From NCBI GenBank assembly GCA_038058635.1, contig JBBUAP010000004.1:31196-95195 (forward strand): a stretch of DNA of 64,000 nucleotides, given 5' to 3'. Positions 8,643-17,997 of the stretch are shown here, piece after piece (positions within the stretch are counted from its first letter, which is position 1; every line of letters starts with the position of its first letter). The translations under genes and the position numbers were made by a program. The DNA comes from Patescibacteria group bacterium. GTDB lineage: Bacteria; Patescibacteriota; UBA1384; 2-12-FULL-50-11. A model generated the notes under the pieces. That model had not been told where the DNA came from, did no database searches, and saw only the letters and a list, made by a program, of their open reading frames with translations.

Positions 8643-9757
8643 TGTTTCGTCGTTTTTTGTCCGCGCCGATCGATTGGGTGACGATAATTATTCCGACCAT
8701 CCTCACCGTCACCGGCATCATTACTATTTACACCATCACTTTTGCCCAAGAAAAATCTGGTCTAGCCACTAGCCAGATTATTTTTGCCCTAATTGGCTTA
8801 GTGACGATGGTCGTGGCGATGTTTTCTGATTATCGCCATCTGCGCTCGTTTGCCAACATTCTTTACGCCCTAGGCGTAATCATGCTAATTCTATTAGTCC
8901 CGCCGTTAGCCGCCAAAATACCGTTTACCCTCAAAATATTCGGCGCTTATCGCTGGCTAGATCTGGGTTTCTTCCAGCTCCAGCCTGGCGAAATATTTAA
9001 ACTAATCGCCGCAATTTTTGGTGCCAAAATCTTGACTCAACATATCGGCTTGATCGACTGGAAAAAGACACTGGTCTACATTCTTTTTAGCGCTGTCCCA
9101 ATATTGCTCGTTCTTTCCCAGCCAGATCTGGGAACAGCTTCAGTTATCCTGGTTGTCTTTGCCGCCTGCTTTTTAGCCGCCCGTCCATCAGGTCGGATTG
9201 TGACGACAATCCTGACTGTGTTTATCATCTCCTTGCCGCTGATTTGGGCCAATCTCCGGCCATATCAACAAAGTAGGGTCGAAACTCTACTCAACCCCGC
9301 CAGCGATCCGCAGGGACAGGGCTACAATGTCCGCCAATCATTGATTGCCATCGGTTCGGGCGGGCTGACTGGCCGAGGTTTCGGTCAGGGTTCACAGACA
9401 GTTCTAAACTTTTTGCCAGTGGCCCATACCGACTTTGTCTTCTCTGGTTTTGCCGAAGCAACCGGATTTGTCGGCTCGATAGTCATCATTTTCCTCTATA
9501 TGCTGCTTATCTACCGAGCTATCAATATCGCCAGTATCTCGACTGACAAGTTCGGCCAGTTGCTAGCCATAGCTATTGCGGCCAAACTTCTCTTTCAAGT
9601 GACGGTTCATATCGGTATGAATCTCGGGCTATTACCGGTGACAGGCATTCCATTGCCATTTATGTCGGGCGGTGGCACCTCGCTCATTATCGATTTACTA
9701 TGTATCGGCATCTTGCAAAGCATCCACATCCGCCATAAGAGAACAGGACTAGGGTAA
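8639..9757 (+). CDS. ftsW: SEDS-family peptidoglycan polymerase FtsW/RodA
   Basis: 372 aa 10-TM protein with conserved SEDS motifs (GQGSQTVLNFLPVAHTDFVFS, PLPFMSGGGTSL). Confidence 0.85.
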   Translation: MMFRRFLSAPIDWVTIIIPTILTVTGIITIYTITFAQEKSGLATSQIIFALIGLVTMVVAMFSDYRHLRSFANILYALGVIMLILLVPPLAAKIPFTLKIFGAYRWLDLGFFQLQPGEIFKLIAAIFGAKILTQHIGLIDWKKTLVYILFSAVPILLVLSQPDLGTASVILVVFAACFLAARPSGRIVTTILTVFIISLPLIWANLRPYQQSRVETLLNPASDPQGQGYNVRQSLIAIGSGGLTGRGFGQGSQTVLNFLPVAHTDFVFSGFAEATGFVGSIVIIFLYMLLIYRAINIASISTDKFGQLLAIAIAAKLLFQVTVHIGMNLGLLPVTGIPLPFMSGGGTSLIIDLLCIGILQSIHIRHKRTGLG

Positions 9758-9783
9758 TTAATTACTTTTGACTTTTGACCTTT

Positions 9784-9803
9784 GTCGCTTCGCTCGCTTC
9801 TCC
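9784..9803 (-). repeat. Copy of the conserved intergenic element (core GAGAAGCGAGCGAAGCGAC) in reverse orientation
   Basis: Plus strand reads gtcgcttcgctcgcttctccc, the reverse complement of the core seen at 601, 3010, 4767 and 6430; flanked by TTTTGAC tandem repeats. Confidence 0.7.
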
Positions 9804-9888
9804 CTTTGGTCGCAGTGAGTTTTGACTTACTTTTGCCGTTGACCCCAACAGAGAATTAAGCTACACTAGCTTCTGTTAATATATATAC

Positions 9889-10305
9889 ATGGAGTCAATA
9901 ATCGCGATCGTTAGTCTCGGTGGTAAACAACATCTTGTCTCGCAAGGCGCTAAGGTCGTGGTCAACAAATTAGATTCCGTTGAAGGTGAAATCCTTAATT
10001 TACCCGATATGTTGAGCGACCGAACTGTTCAGGTTAAGGTAATGTCTCATCAGCTGGGTAAAAAGGTTAACGGCCTGAAATTCAAAGCCAAGACCCGTTA
10101 TTTTAAACGCTACGGCCATCGCCAGCAAGAAACAACCGTTGAGGTTATTTCTCTTGATGCCACCGTCCAGAAGCCCAAAGTTAAACCAGTGGCTAAGTCA
10201 GTCAATCCGCCAGCCGTCCCTTCTAGCGGAACCGAAAATAAAACCGCCACCAAGAAACCAGCAACGAAGAAACTAGTCACTGCCAAGAAAGTTGTCGATG
10301 CCTAG
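9889..10305 (+). CDS. rplU: 50S ribosomal protein L21 with a Lys/Pro-rich C-terminal extension
   Basis: IAIVSLGGKQHLVSQGAKVVVNKLD...KFKAKTRYFKRYGHRQQETTVEV aligns with the L21 core; about 40 aa of low-complexity tail. Confidence 0.85.
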   Translation: MESIIAIVSLGGKQHLVSQGAKVVVNKLDSVEGEILNLPDMLSDRTVQVKVMSHQLGKKVNGLKFKAKTRYFKRYGHRQQETTVEVISLDATVQKPKVKPVAKSVNPPAVPSSGTENKTATKKPATKKLVTAKKVVDA

Positions 10306-10495
10306 ACTTAGACTGCCGGTGGTGCCGTTTTTGGGGTCTGTTGTCGACGAAGGCAAGAAAGTCGTTTGGCCAACTCGAGATGTCGTTATTCGTCATACCT
10401 TGATGGTCATTATTTCGGTTGCCATCGCCACTCTGATTTACGCCTCGCTTGATTTTGGTTTACAGAAGCTGGTGATTTTAGCGCTTAAAAACTGA
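10292..10495 (+). CDS. secE: Preprotein translocase subunit SecE
   Basis: 67 aa single-TM protein (VVWPTRDVVIRHTLMVIISVAIATLIYASLDFGLQKLV) sitting in the conserved position upstream of nusG. Confidence 0.8.
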   Translation: MSMPRLRLPVVPFLGSVVDEGKKVVWPTRDVVIRHTLMVIISVAIATLIYASLDFGLQKLVILALKN

Positions 10496-11148
10496 TGTCT
10501 AAAAAACCCGATAAAGTAGTCGAGCTGGACGAAGAACTAGACACAACACCAGAAGTCAATCCGCCAGATTTGTCGGTTGACGGAGGAGCAGATGAGCCGA
10601 CCACCACCAGCACTCGCCAAGCCGATACCGCTGGATGGTATGTAATCCACACCTACGCTGGCTACGAAGACCAGGTGGCGGAGAATATTTTACAGCGGGC
10701 GTCCAATTTAAAACTTCAAGATTTTATTTTTGAGGTAATCGTGCCAAAAGAAAAGCAAGTCGAGATCAAAAATGGCAAGCGCAAAACCATCGAGAAGCGC
10801 AGCTTTCCCGGGTATGTCTTTGTTAATATGGTTGTCACCGACGAGTCGTGGTATGTGGTTCGCAATACGCCCAGCGTCACTGGTTTTCTTGGCTCCGGTG
10901 TTCGACCAACGGCGATTCCCGAATCGGAAGTAGCGCAAATCAAGGCCCGAATGGCCCGAGACGAGCCAGAGCATGTCGTCGACCTAAAGTTGGACGATTT
11001 GGTCCGAATTTCTGACGGCCCACTTAAGGGCTACGAAGGCAAAATTACCGACGTCGACCCAGTCAAGGGCAAAATAAAAGTATCTGTTTCAATGTTTGGT
11101 CGCGAAACACCAGTTAATCTGGATTTTCTACAAGTTAAAAAAATGTAA
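10495..11148 (+). CDS. nusG: Transcription termination/antitermination factor NusG (with acidic N-terminal extension)
   Basis: NGN domain ([18 protein letters not shown]) and C-terminal KOW ([23 protein letters not shown]). Confidence 0.9.
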   Translation: MSKKPDKVVELDEELDTTPEVNPPDLSVDGGADEPTTTSTRQADTAGWYVIHTYAGYEDQVAENILQRASNLKLQDFIFEVIVPKEKQVEIKNGKRKTIEKRSFPGYVFVNMVVTDESWYVVRNTPSVTGFLGSGVRPTAIPESEVAQIKARMARDEPEHVVDLKLDDLVRISDGPLKGYEGKITDVDPVKGKIKVSVSMFGRETPVNLDFLQVKKM

Positions 11149-11150
11149 AT

Positions 11151-11576
11151 ATGGCAAAAAAAATTAAAACAATAGTTAAGTTACAAGCTCCGGCCGGTAA
11201 AGCCACTCCAGCGCCACCAGTTGGTACCGCTCTTGGGCCCCACGGCATTGCGCTGATGGATTTTGTCACCCAGTTCAACGAGCTAACTCGTCCGATGGGC
11301 GACACTGTCGTGCCAGTAGAGGTTACGATCTACGAAGACCGAACCTTCAGCTTCATCACCAAAACCCCGCCAGCCGCCAATCAGCTCCTGAAAGCGGCCG
11401 GTTTAGAAAAGGGTTCACAAACACCGAAGAAAGAAAAAGTCGGCAAAGTGTCTCGCGACCAAGTGCGGGCCATCGCTGAAAACAAAATGGACGACCTCAA
11501 CGCCCGCACGATCGAACAAGCCGTCAAGATTATCGAAGGTACCGCAAGGTCTATGGGTATTGAGGTAGAGAAGTAA
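11151..11576 (+). CDS. rplK: 50S ribosomal protein L11
   Basis: [39 protein letters not shown] matches the L11 N-terminal signature. Confidence 0.95.
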   Translation: MAKKIKTIVKLQAPAGKATPAPPVGTALGPHGIALMDFVTQFNELTRPMGDTVVPVEVTIYEDRTFSFITKTPPAANQLLKAAGLEKGSQTPKKEKVGKVSRDQVRAIAENKMDDLNARTIEQAVKIIEGTARSMGIEVEK

Positions 11577-11607
11577 AATCAGCGTTCTACACAGAAGGAC
11601 TAAAAAA

Positions 11608-11632
11608 GGAGGCCGGGCGATGCCCGGCCTCC
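11608..11632 (-). terminator. Rho-independent terminator for the minus-strand membrane-protein gene
   Basis: ggaggccggg-cgatg-cccggcctcc is a perfect 10 bp stem, flanked by A6 on the plus strand (U-tract on the minus strand). Confidence 0.7.
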
Positions 11633-11648
11633 TGGGCCGAATAGTGAA

Positions 11649-12836
11649 TCAGGTGATCTCGATCCTCGGACAGGCGAGTCCCTTGATGGCGAGGAGTAGC
11701 GACCAACAGAGCCTTAGGGCGCTCCAACAAAGCCAGAGGGCATCCTTAGCCGCTTGCGCAAGCCAGTTCGGTTTTGGTATTGGGGGTGGTTGACGTACAC
11801 CCATTGTCGCAGGAGTATCTGCCGTTTCTCCCAGCCCTGTAGCAACAGGTACTTCAGCCCGTTCCTCTTTCTGTCGAAAGTCGTCCGACCACCACCAAAG
11901 CACGAGAATGGCAAGGAGTCCAAAGAACACGGTCAAGAGTCCTTGGATAGGTACTGAACTCAAGTAGACGGTCGATGAAATGGCACCGCCGGCGCCAACA
12001 CCGAACAACGCCAGGTCCACTCCGTTGGGGCTCTCTATCTTTTTCTTGCTGTCGAAAAGGCGGAGAAAGCCGGCAAAAAGCATGAATGCTACCGCGCATG
12101 CAATCATGATTCCTAGCCAACCGGCGCCAACCACCATCACGGGGGTGAATGTTACCGAAACCCACCAGATGCCGTAGACCGCGGCGAGCACAAGAAGTAA
12201 TAGTCCGGGGGAGCGTGGAGTGTTGCCCCAGTACTTCATCCTCTTGTGTCTGTTCTTGATTTCAAAGTCCTCCATGGCATCAAGCCAGACCAAGAACGGG
12301 TTGGAACCGTTATAGAGGAAAAACCCTAGTGCGATGACCACATTTACCACTGCGCCAACCCCAACTAGCACCCCACCGAACAGTATGGCGCCGCCGATTG
12401 ACCAAGAGGCTTTGCATAAGGAACGGCCACCCAGATCCCAATCTCTCGACAACGCAGTTGCTTCTGCTATTCGATAAATCAGGCTGTTATGTCTGATTCC
12501 CAGGGCACCATTTTTGTAGCTGATGTCTTGCGAACACACCAGCATAGTCCCTAACATAAAGACACTACTGACCGCAACGATCAGTGCGGCAACTCCCCAC
12601 GAATCAGCCCAATGACTAGCTGGGACTATTGCCACCGCTTGCCATAAAGTGAATAGGTATACGCCGCTGGCAAGAACCAGAAGGGGCTTGCTTAGTGTTT
12701 TGACGAGCTTGGTTCGCGATAGCGCGCCCAAGACGATGGCGATGCCGGCCATGACGCCGAGCCAAAGCAGCGCATCTCCCAAGCTGGGGTAGCGCACGAT
12801 TGCGGATCTCCAAACATTTTCCATCTTCATCTCCAA
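11649..12836 (-). CDS. Hypothetical polytopic membrane protein (395 aa), inserted between rplK and the expected rplA position
   Basis: Long ORF with more than 8 hydrophobic segments and Trp-rich helices; no recognisable family; own terminator. Confidence 0.5.
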   Translation of the reverse strand: MEMKMENVWRSAIVRYPSLGDALLWLGVMAGIAIVLGALSRTKLVKTLSKPLLVLASGVYLFTLWQAVAIVPASHWADSWGVAALIVAVSSVFMLGTMLVCSQDISYKNGALGIRHNSLIYRIAEATALSRDWDLGGRSLCKASWSIGGAILFGGVLVGVGAVVNVVIALGFFLYNGSNPFLVWLDAMEDFEIKNRHKRMKYWGNTPRSPGLLLLVLAAVYGIWWVSVTFTPVMVVGAGWLGIMIACAVAFMLFAGFLRLFDSKKKIESPNGVDLALFGVGAGGAISSTVYLSSVPIQGLLTVFFGLLAILVLWWWSDDFRQKEERAEVPVATGLGETADTPATMGVRQPPPIPKPNWLAQAAKDALWLCWSALRLCWSLLLAIKGLACPRIEIT

Positions 12837-13080
12837 TTTGTTGAGCTTTTTAGGGCTGACGAACTATGGCAGAGTTTACCCGACGACCGCAGGAATGTCA
12901 ACAACTTTCGCCCCGTTTACGCTAGCACCACCTTTCCAGGTTACGGAAAAAGCCACCGCTTACGCAGTGGCCTTTCCCTTAACCTCCCAAATGCTATCAA
13001 CCTCCTGAAGAATTATGCGCGACCAATTATATGAGGCCGCGGGCGATTGCTATTTCGAAGTTTTGAAAATTTAACATAAA

Positions 13081-14178
13081 ATGGACGTGATGTCAATGAA
13101 AAAACACTGGTTTTTAGATTCTTCCGTCGATGAGATTTTGGCCATCTCGATGGTTGAGCCGCTCGGGCCGGTTTCTTGGCAGAAACTCTACCGAAACTTT
13201 GCGGGCTTGAAGGAGGTATTGGCGGCCGGTTCACACCTACTGATAAAAGCCGGTCTCAACCCTAACCAGGCCGAAGCACTGCGAGATCGTCCCAAGAATG
13301 TTGAAGCCGCCAAGCGCCTACTGGCAAGCAAGAAAACTGAGATTCTAACAATTGATTCACCCGACTATCCAGCGTTACTTAAAGAAATCAACGATCCGCC
13401 GTTATGGCTATTCTGCCGCGGCAATATAAAAGTTTTCAAAGAGACCTGCCTGACTGTCGTCGGCACCCGCAAGCCGTCCAGCTATGCCCTATTGGCCGCG
13501 GAGAAGCTTTTACCAGAAGAATTGGTATCACAGCTCTGTCTGGTTTCTGGGTTGGCCTACGGCGTCGACAAGAAGGTGCACCAACTGGCCTTGAAATACA
13601 ATGCGCCGACAATTGCTGTATTAGCTGGCGGACTCGATTCAATTTACCCAGCCGATCATCATCGATTAGCCGAACAGATCGTTGCGTCCGGTGGATTGCT
13701 AATCACCGAATACCCACCTTTGTCTCGACCGCGTCCGGCCAAATTTCCGATTCGTAATCGTATCATTGCCGGCTTATCAAAAGTAACCATCGTTCTGGAA
13801 GCTGCCATTCGCTCCGGCTCGCTAACCACCGCCAAAGCCGCCTTAGACTATAATCGGGAAGTTATGGCCGTGCCGAGCGAAATCACTCGACGCCACGCCG
13901 ACGGCACTAATTTTCTCATCAAGCAAGGCGCGACTTTACTCGATGATCCGAATCAACTCTACGAAATTCTTGGTCTCAAACCCAAGAGAGCTAGCGATAC
14001 GCTTGACGAACCAGCGCACAAGCTTCTACACTTACTAGCCAAGGAAGCGCTAGATGTTGACCGAATTGCCGTCTTGACCAAGCAGTCAATTCCAGAGATT
14101 CTATGGATACTGACTGAGTTGGAACTGGTAGGACAAATTTACCAGCCAAAACCAGGGTTCTACGAAGCAAAGAAGTAG
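13081..14178 (+). CDS. dprA: DNA processing protein DprA (Smf)
   Basis: Rossmann-like DprA core (VVGTRKPSSYALLAAEKLL...GLAYGVDKKVHQLAL...VLAGGLDSIYPADH...GSLTTAKAALDYNREVMAVP). Confidence 0.85.
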   Translation: MDVMSMKKHWFLDSSVDEILAISMVEPLGPVSWQKLYRNFAGLKEVLAAGSHLLIKAGLNPNQAEALRDRPKNVEAAKRLLASKKTEILTIDSPDYPALLKEINDPPLWLFCRGNIKVFKETCLTVVGTRKPSSYALLAAEKLLPEELVSQLCLVSGLAYGVDKKVHQLALKYNAPTIAVLAGGLDSIYPADHHRLAEQIVASGGLLITEYPPLSRPRPAKFPIRNRIIAGLSKVTIVLEAAIRSGSLTTAKAALDYNREVMAVPSEITRRHADGTNFLIKQGATLLDDPNQLYEILGLKPKRASDTLDEPAHKLLHLLAKEALDVDRIAVLTKQSIPEILWILTELELVGQIYQPKPGFYEAKK

Positions 14179-14200
14179 AGTTACGATTTACGATTTAAGA

Positions 14201-16441
14201 ATGAAGAAATTAGTTATTGTTGAGTCGCCCGCCAAAGCCAAGACAATTGGCCAGTATTTGGGGAGCGATTTTACTGTCCGGGCCTCGTACGGTCATGTTC
14301 GAGACTTACCGGTCAAGAAACTTGGCATCGATCCAGCCAAACATTTCGAAGTCGATTATGTGCCGATTGTTAGAGCCAAAAAGGTTTTGACGGAACTAAA
14401 AACCCTTCTCAAGACTTCTACCGAACTCTATCTCGCAACCGACTTTGATCGAGAAGGGGAAGCCATTGCTTGGCATCTGACGGAGCTGTTAAAGCCGAAA
14501 ATGCCGATTCACCGGATTACTTTCCACGAAATTACCAAGCCAGCCATTGAAAATGCCCTCAAGCACCCGCGCAGTATCGACGCCAAATTAGTTGACGCCC
14601 AGCAAGCCCGAAGAATTCTAGACCGCCTGGTTGGCTACAAACTTTCGCCATTTCTTTGGAAAAAAGTTTATCGCGGCTTGTCGGCTGGTCGCGTGCAATC
14701 CGTTGCCGTCCGCCTTATTGTTGAGCGCGAACGGGAGATTGCCGCTTTCAAATCCGTCGAATCTTGGACTCTTGACGCTATTTTAAAAAGTAAAGAAGGC
14801 GATTTTGCCGCTTATCTAGCCAAAGAGGGGACAACGGCCAAATTGGAATTGGCAGACGCGAAAGCGATTGATGGTCTCAAGAAAAAACTCGAAAAATCCA
14901 AACTCGAAGTCGAAAAAATTGAATCGAGCGATTCTCAACTCAAACCCCAAGCCCCGCTAATTACCTCAACCCTTCAGCAAGCCGCGGCGCGAGTTTTACA
15001 TTTTTCAGCCAAAAAAACGATGAAGATCGCCCAGGATTTGTACGAGGGCGTTGATGTCGAGGGCAAAGGCTCGGTCGCCTTAATCACCTATATGCGTACC
15101 GATTCTTTTCAGATGTCGGATCTGGCCAAGAAACAGGCCGAAGCTTTAATTGCTAAGAATTACGGTGCCAAATACCTGCCCGACCGACCAAATATGTTTT
15201 CCAAGAAAGTTCGGGGCGCCCAAGAAGCTCACGAAGCGATTCGCCCGACCGACTTTGCCATTCGACCCGACGAAATCAAAGGTCACCTAACAAAAGATCA
15301 TTACAACCTTTATAACCTGATCTGGTCGCAAGCTATGGGCTCGCTAATGGCACCAGCCCAAGTTAAAACCATCACCGCCTCCATTCACTCTGACGCCGGT
15401 ATACTAATCGGCCGCGGCCGCGAACTGGTCTTCGACGGCTTTATGAAGCTTGTGCCAGATGTCGAAGAAAACTTTGTTCAATTGCCGAAATTGGCCGAAA
15501 AAGATGCGGTCACGCTCAAGAAACTCGATTCCGTCCAGCATTTCACTGAACCACCAGCTCGTTACTCTGAAGCATCGCTCGTTCGCGAGTTAGAAAAGCG
15601 GGGGATCGGCCGACCGTCGACCTACGCTCCGATTATGTCGACAATTGTTGACCGCGGTTATGTCACTAAACTAGCCAGTCGTTTTACGCCAACAGAAGTG
15701 GCGGGAATTGTCGTCGATCTGTTAGTCGAGCATTTTCCCGACATCGTTGATTACAATTTTACCGCCGAGATGGAAGACAAGCTCGACGATATCGCCGAGG
15801 GCAAGAGAGAACTCGAACCGGTTTTAGAGGAGTTTTACACTCCATTTGCCAAGCTCTTGGCCGAAAAAGAAAAATCGGTTGATAAAAAAGCCATTGTCGA
15901 AGAAGCGACGGACAAAAAGTGTCCCGACTGTGGCAAGCCCGTCGTGCTGAAGCTTGGTCGTTACGGCAAGTTTTACTCCTGTAGCGGTTTTCCCGACTGT
16001 AAGTACACGGCGCCGTATTTGGACGATAAATTTACTAAAGACGAAGAGAAGGAGATCGCCGAGGAAGTCAAGGAAAATTGCGCCAAGTGCGGTGGCAAAA
16101 TGGCCATCAAACAAGGCCGGTTCGGGACATTTCTGGCTTGTACTAATTATCCGAAATGTAAATTCACCAAAGCAATTGTGATTGGTTCGAGCGTACCGTG
16201 CCCGAACTGCGGCAAGGAATTGATTCGCCGTAACACCCGCCGGGGCAAAGTTTTCTGGGGCTGTTCTGGTTACCCCGACTGTAAAACTGCCTACTGGGAC
16301 GAGCCGCTAGCTGAAAAGTGTCCAAAATGCAGCAATCTGATGGTCAACAAAAAATCCGGCCCGGCCTGCAGCCAGTGCGACTACAAAAAGGACAAGGAAG
16401 ACGAGCCAGCCGAAGTCAAGACAGAGGTCTCGGACAAATAG
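14201..16441 (+). CDS. topA: DNA topoisomerase I with C-terminal zinc-ribbon repeats
   Basis: Toprim start (MKKLVIVESPAKAKTI), active-site Tyr region, and four C4 zinc ribbons (CPDCGKP...CSGFPDC etc.) at the C-terminus. Confidence 0.95.
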   Translation: MKKLVIVESPAKAKTIGQYLGSDFTVRASYGHVRDLPVKKLGIDPAKHFEVDYVPIVRAKKVLTELKTLLKTSTELYLATDFDREGEAIAWHLTELLKPKMPIHRITFHEITKPAIENALKHPRSIDAKLVDAQQARRILDRLVGYKLSPFLWKKVYRGLSAGRVQSVAVRLIVEREREIAAFKSVESWTLDAILKSKEGDFAAYLAKEGTTAKLELADAKAIDGLKKKLEKSKLEVEKIESSDSQLKPQAPLITSTLQQAAARVLHFSAKKTMKIAQDLYEGVDVEGKGSVALITYMRTDSFQMSDLAKKQAEALIAKNYGAKYLPDRPNMFSKKVRGAQEAHEAIRPTDFAIRPDEIKGHLTKDHYNLYNLIWSQAMGSLMAPAQVKTITASIHSDAGILIGRGRELVFDGFMKLVPDVEENFVQLPKLAEKDAVTLKKLDSVQHFTEPPARYSEASLVRELEKRGIGRPSTYAPIMSTIVDRGYVTKLASRFTPTEVAGIVVDLLVEHFPDIVDYNFTAEMEDKLDDIAEGKRELEPVLEEFYTPFAKLLAEKEKSVDKKAIVEEATDKKCPDCGKPVVLKLGRYGKFYSCSGFPDCKYTAPYLDDKFTKDEEKEIAEEVKENCAKCGGKMAIKQGRFGTFLACTNYPKCKFTKAIVIGSSVPCPNCGKELIRRNTRRGKVFWGCSGYPDCKTAYWDEPLAEKCPKCSNLMVNKKSGPACSQCDYKKDKEDEPAEVKTEVSDK

Positions 16442-16461
16442 CCGCAACATGCTATTAATGA

Positions 16462-16902
16462 GTGGAAGCAATGATTAAGGTTGTTAATAAAGTTATGATG
16501 TTTATCTATCGCGTTCACGACGGCGAGAAGCAGTTTTATATGCTTAGTCGACCGAATATTCCAGCAAAGGATAGCGTTGTTCCGACAGGCCATATTGGTG
16601 ATGTCATTGCCGGAGAGAAGTCGATGGATGCAGCTGTCCGTGAGCTTGAAGAAGAGCTTGGTGCCGAGCCACTCTCAATCAGGGAGTTGGATTATAAAGT
16701 TGAAACACTTTTAAATATGGGAAGAATTCGCTCGCTTGAACAGGCTTTCATTATAGAGGTCGCAGATCAAGACTACCCATTTCTCGAATACGAGGGCGTT
16801 GATCATTCGTGGCAAAGTCTAAATGAATTAGAGAAGTTACTGACGTACGAATCGCAGTTTTCTGCAGTAACCGAAATTAGGTTGGCACTTGGCACTAAAT
16901 GA
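16462..16902 (+). CDS. NUDIX hydrolase
   Basis: Nudix box GEKSMDAAVRELEEELG. Confidence 0.7.
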   Translation: MEAMIKVVNKVMMFIYRVHDGEKQFYMLSRPNIPAKDSVVPTGHIGDVIAGEKSMDAAVRELEEELGAEPLSIRELDYKVETLLNMGRIRSLEQAFIIEVADQDYPFLEYEGVDHSWQSLNELEKLLTYESQFSAVTEIRLALGTK

Positions 16903-17531
16903 AAAACATTTTACCCCGCTCGGTCGAAGCTATGTCGAGTTTACTCTCGACTCTGCCGAGTATCGGGCCGAAAACCGCCAATCGCTTAACTTTCTTTTTA
17001 CTTGGTCGCCAAGAAGGGGAGTTAGATGAATTTGGTCAGGCATTTATTAACCTTAAAAAGAATCTTGTTACTTGCTCCAGGTGTTTCTTAATTGCCGAAA
17101 CCGATCCTTGTATTATCTGTCAGGACAAGCAACGAGTGCAGGACAAGTTGGTCGTTGTTGAAGAGCCGTTAGATGTCTTAGCGCTCGAAAAAGCTCATTT
17201 CGACGGGCTGTACCATGTTATCGGCGGCCAGATTTCGCCGATTAATAATGTTTCACCGGACGATCTAAAGATTAAAGAATTACTGTTGCGTCTGGAAACC
17301 GGCCAATTCAAGGAGGTAATCTTAGCGATGGATACCGTTCTGGAGGGTGAAGCAACCGCTCTATATATCGACGATCAAATAAGTCGAGGTCAAAAAGAGA
17401 ACAAGTTTAAGGGGGTTAGAGTGACCAGAATCGCCCGGGGTTTACCGGTTGGGGGAGACCTGGAATACGCCGACGAGCTGACACTAGCCCGAGCTCTTGA
17501 AGGTCGCCACTCATATTTGAGTAAAAATTAA
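16899..17531 (+). CDS. recR: Recombination protein RecR
   Basis: HhH (LPSIGPKTANRLTFFLL), C4 zinc finger (CSRCFLIAETDPCIIC) and Toprim domain. Confidence 0.9.
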   Translation: MKNILPRSVEAMSSLLSTLPSIGPKTANRLTFFLLGRQEGELDEFGQAFINLKKNLVTCSRCFLIAETDPCIICQDKQRVQDKLVVVEEPLDVLALEKAHFDGLYHVIGGQISPINNVSPDDLKIKELLLRLETGQFKEVILAMDTVLEGEATALYIDDQISRGQKENKFKGVRVTRIARGLPVGGDLEYADELTLARALEGRHSYLSKN

Positions 17532-17571
17532 AGTGTTGCGCTAACGATCAAAAGAAATTACAGTATTTAAA

Positions 17572-17850
17572 ATGTCTCAACCAAACACCATCGTTGACGA
17601 ACAGTACATCTGCGATGAATGCGGCTACACCAGCCCGGTCGCTAACGAACGCTGTCCGGATTGCGGATCAATGATGAGCGCCCTTCACGACGAAAAACCA
17701 AAAGCCAAGGTTCTTGACGGCGAAAGTGAAGAAGTACTAGCGGAAGAAGGCATGGACTCTGAAGCCCCAAAATCGCTTGAAACTCTCCAGAACGAAGAAC
17801 AAGAAGAATCCGACAAAGAGTACCAAAACGATACTTACGGAAACGAGTGA
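17572..17850 (+). CDS. Small zinc-ribbon protein with acidic tail (hypothetical)
   Basis: CDECGYTSPVANERCPDCG zinc ribbon followed by a Glu-rich C-terminus. Confidence 0.4.
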   Translation: MSQPNTIVDEQYICDECGYTSPVANERCPDCGSMMSALHDEKPKAKVLDGESEEVLAEEGMDSEAPKSLETLQNEEQEESDKEYQNDTYGNE

Positions 17851-17875
17851 GGCGAGACAATTGCGCTGGAACACT

Positions 17876-17925
17876 CTGACTCACCGTATATAGTATAGTG
17901 TATACGGTAAGTCAGGGTGAGTTAC
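17876..17925 (+). promoter_or_regulatory. Alternative (mutually exclusive) hairpins in the cysS 5' region
   Basis: ctgactcaccgtata/tatacggtaagtcag forms a 15-17 bp stem; the overlapping actcacc/ggtgagt offers an alternative pairing. Confidence 0.35.
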
Positions 17926-17997
17926 TAATGTGGTCGTCTACATAACCGATCAACTGCAGACTTTCATATACAGACTGAATAGGGTAAAAAGAGAGTA

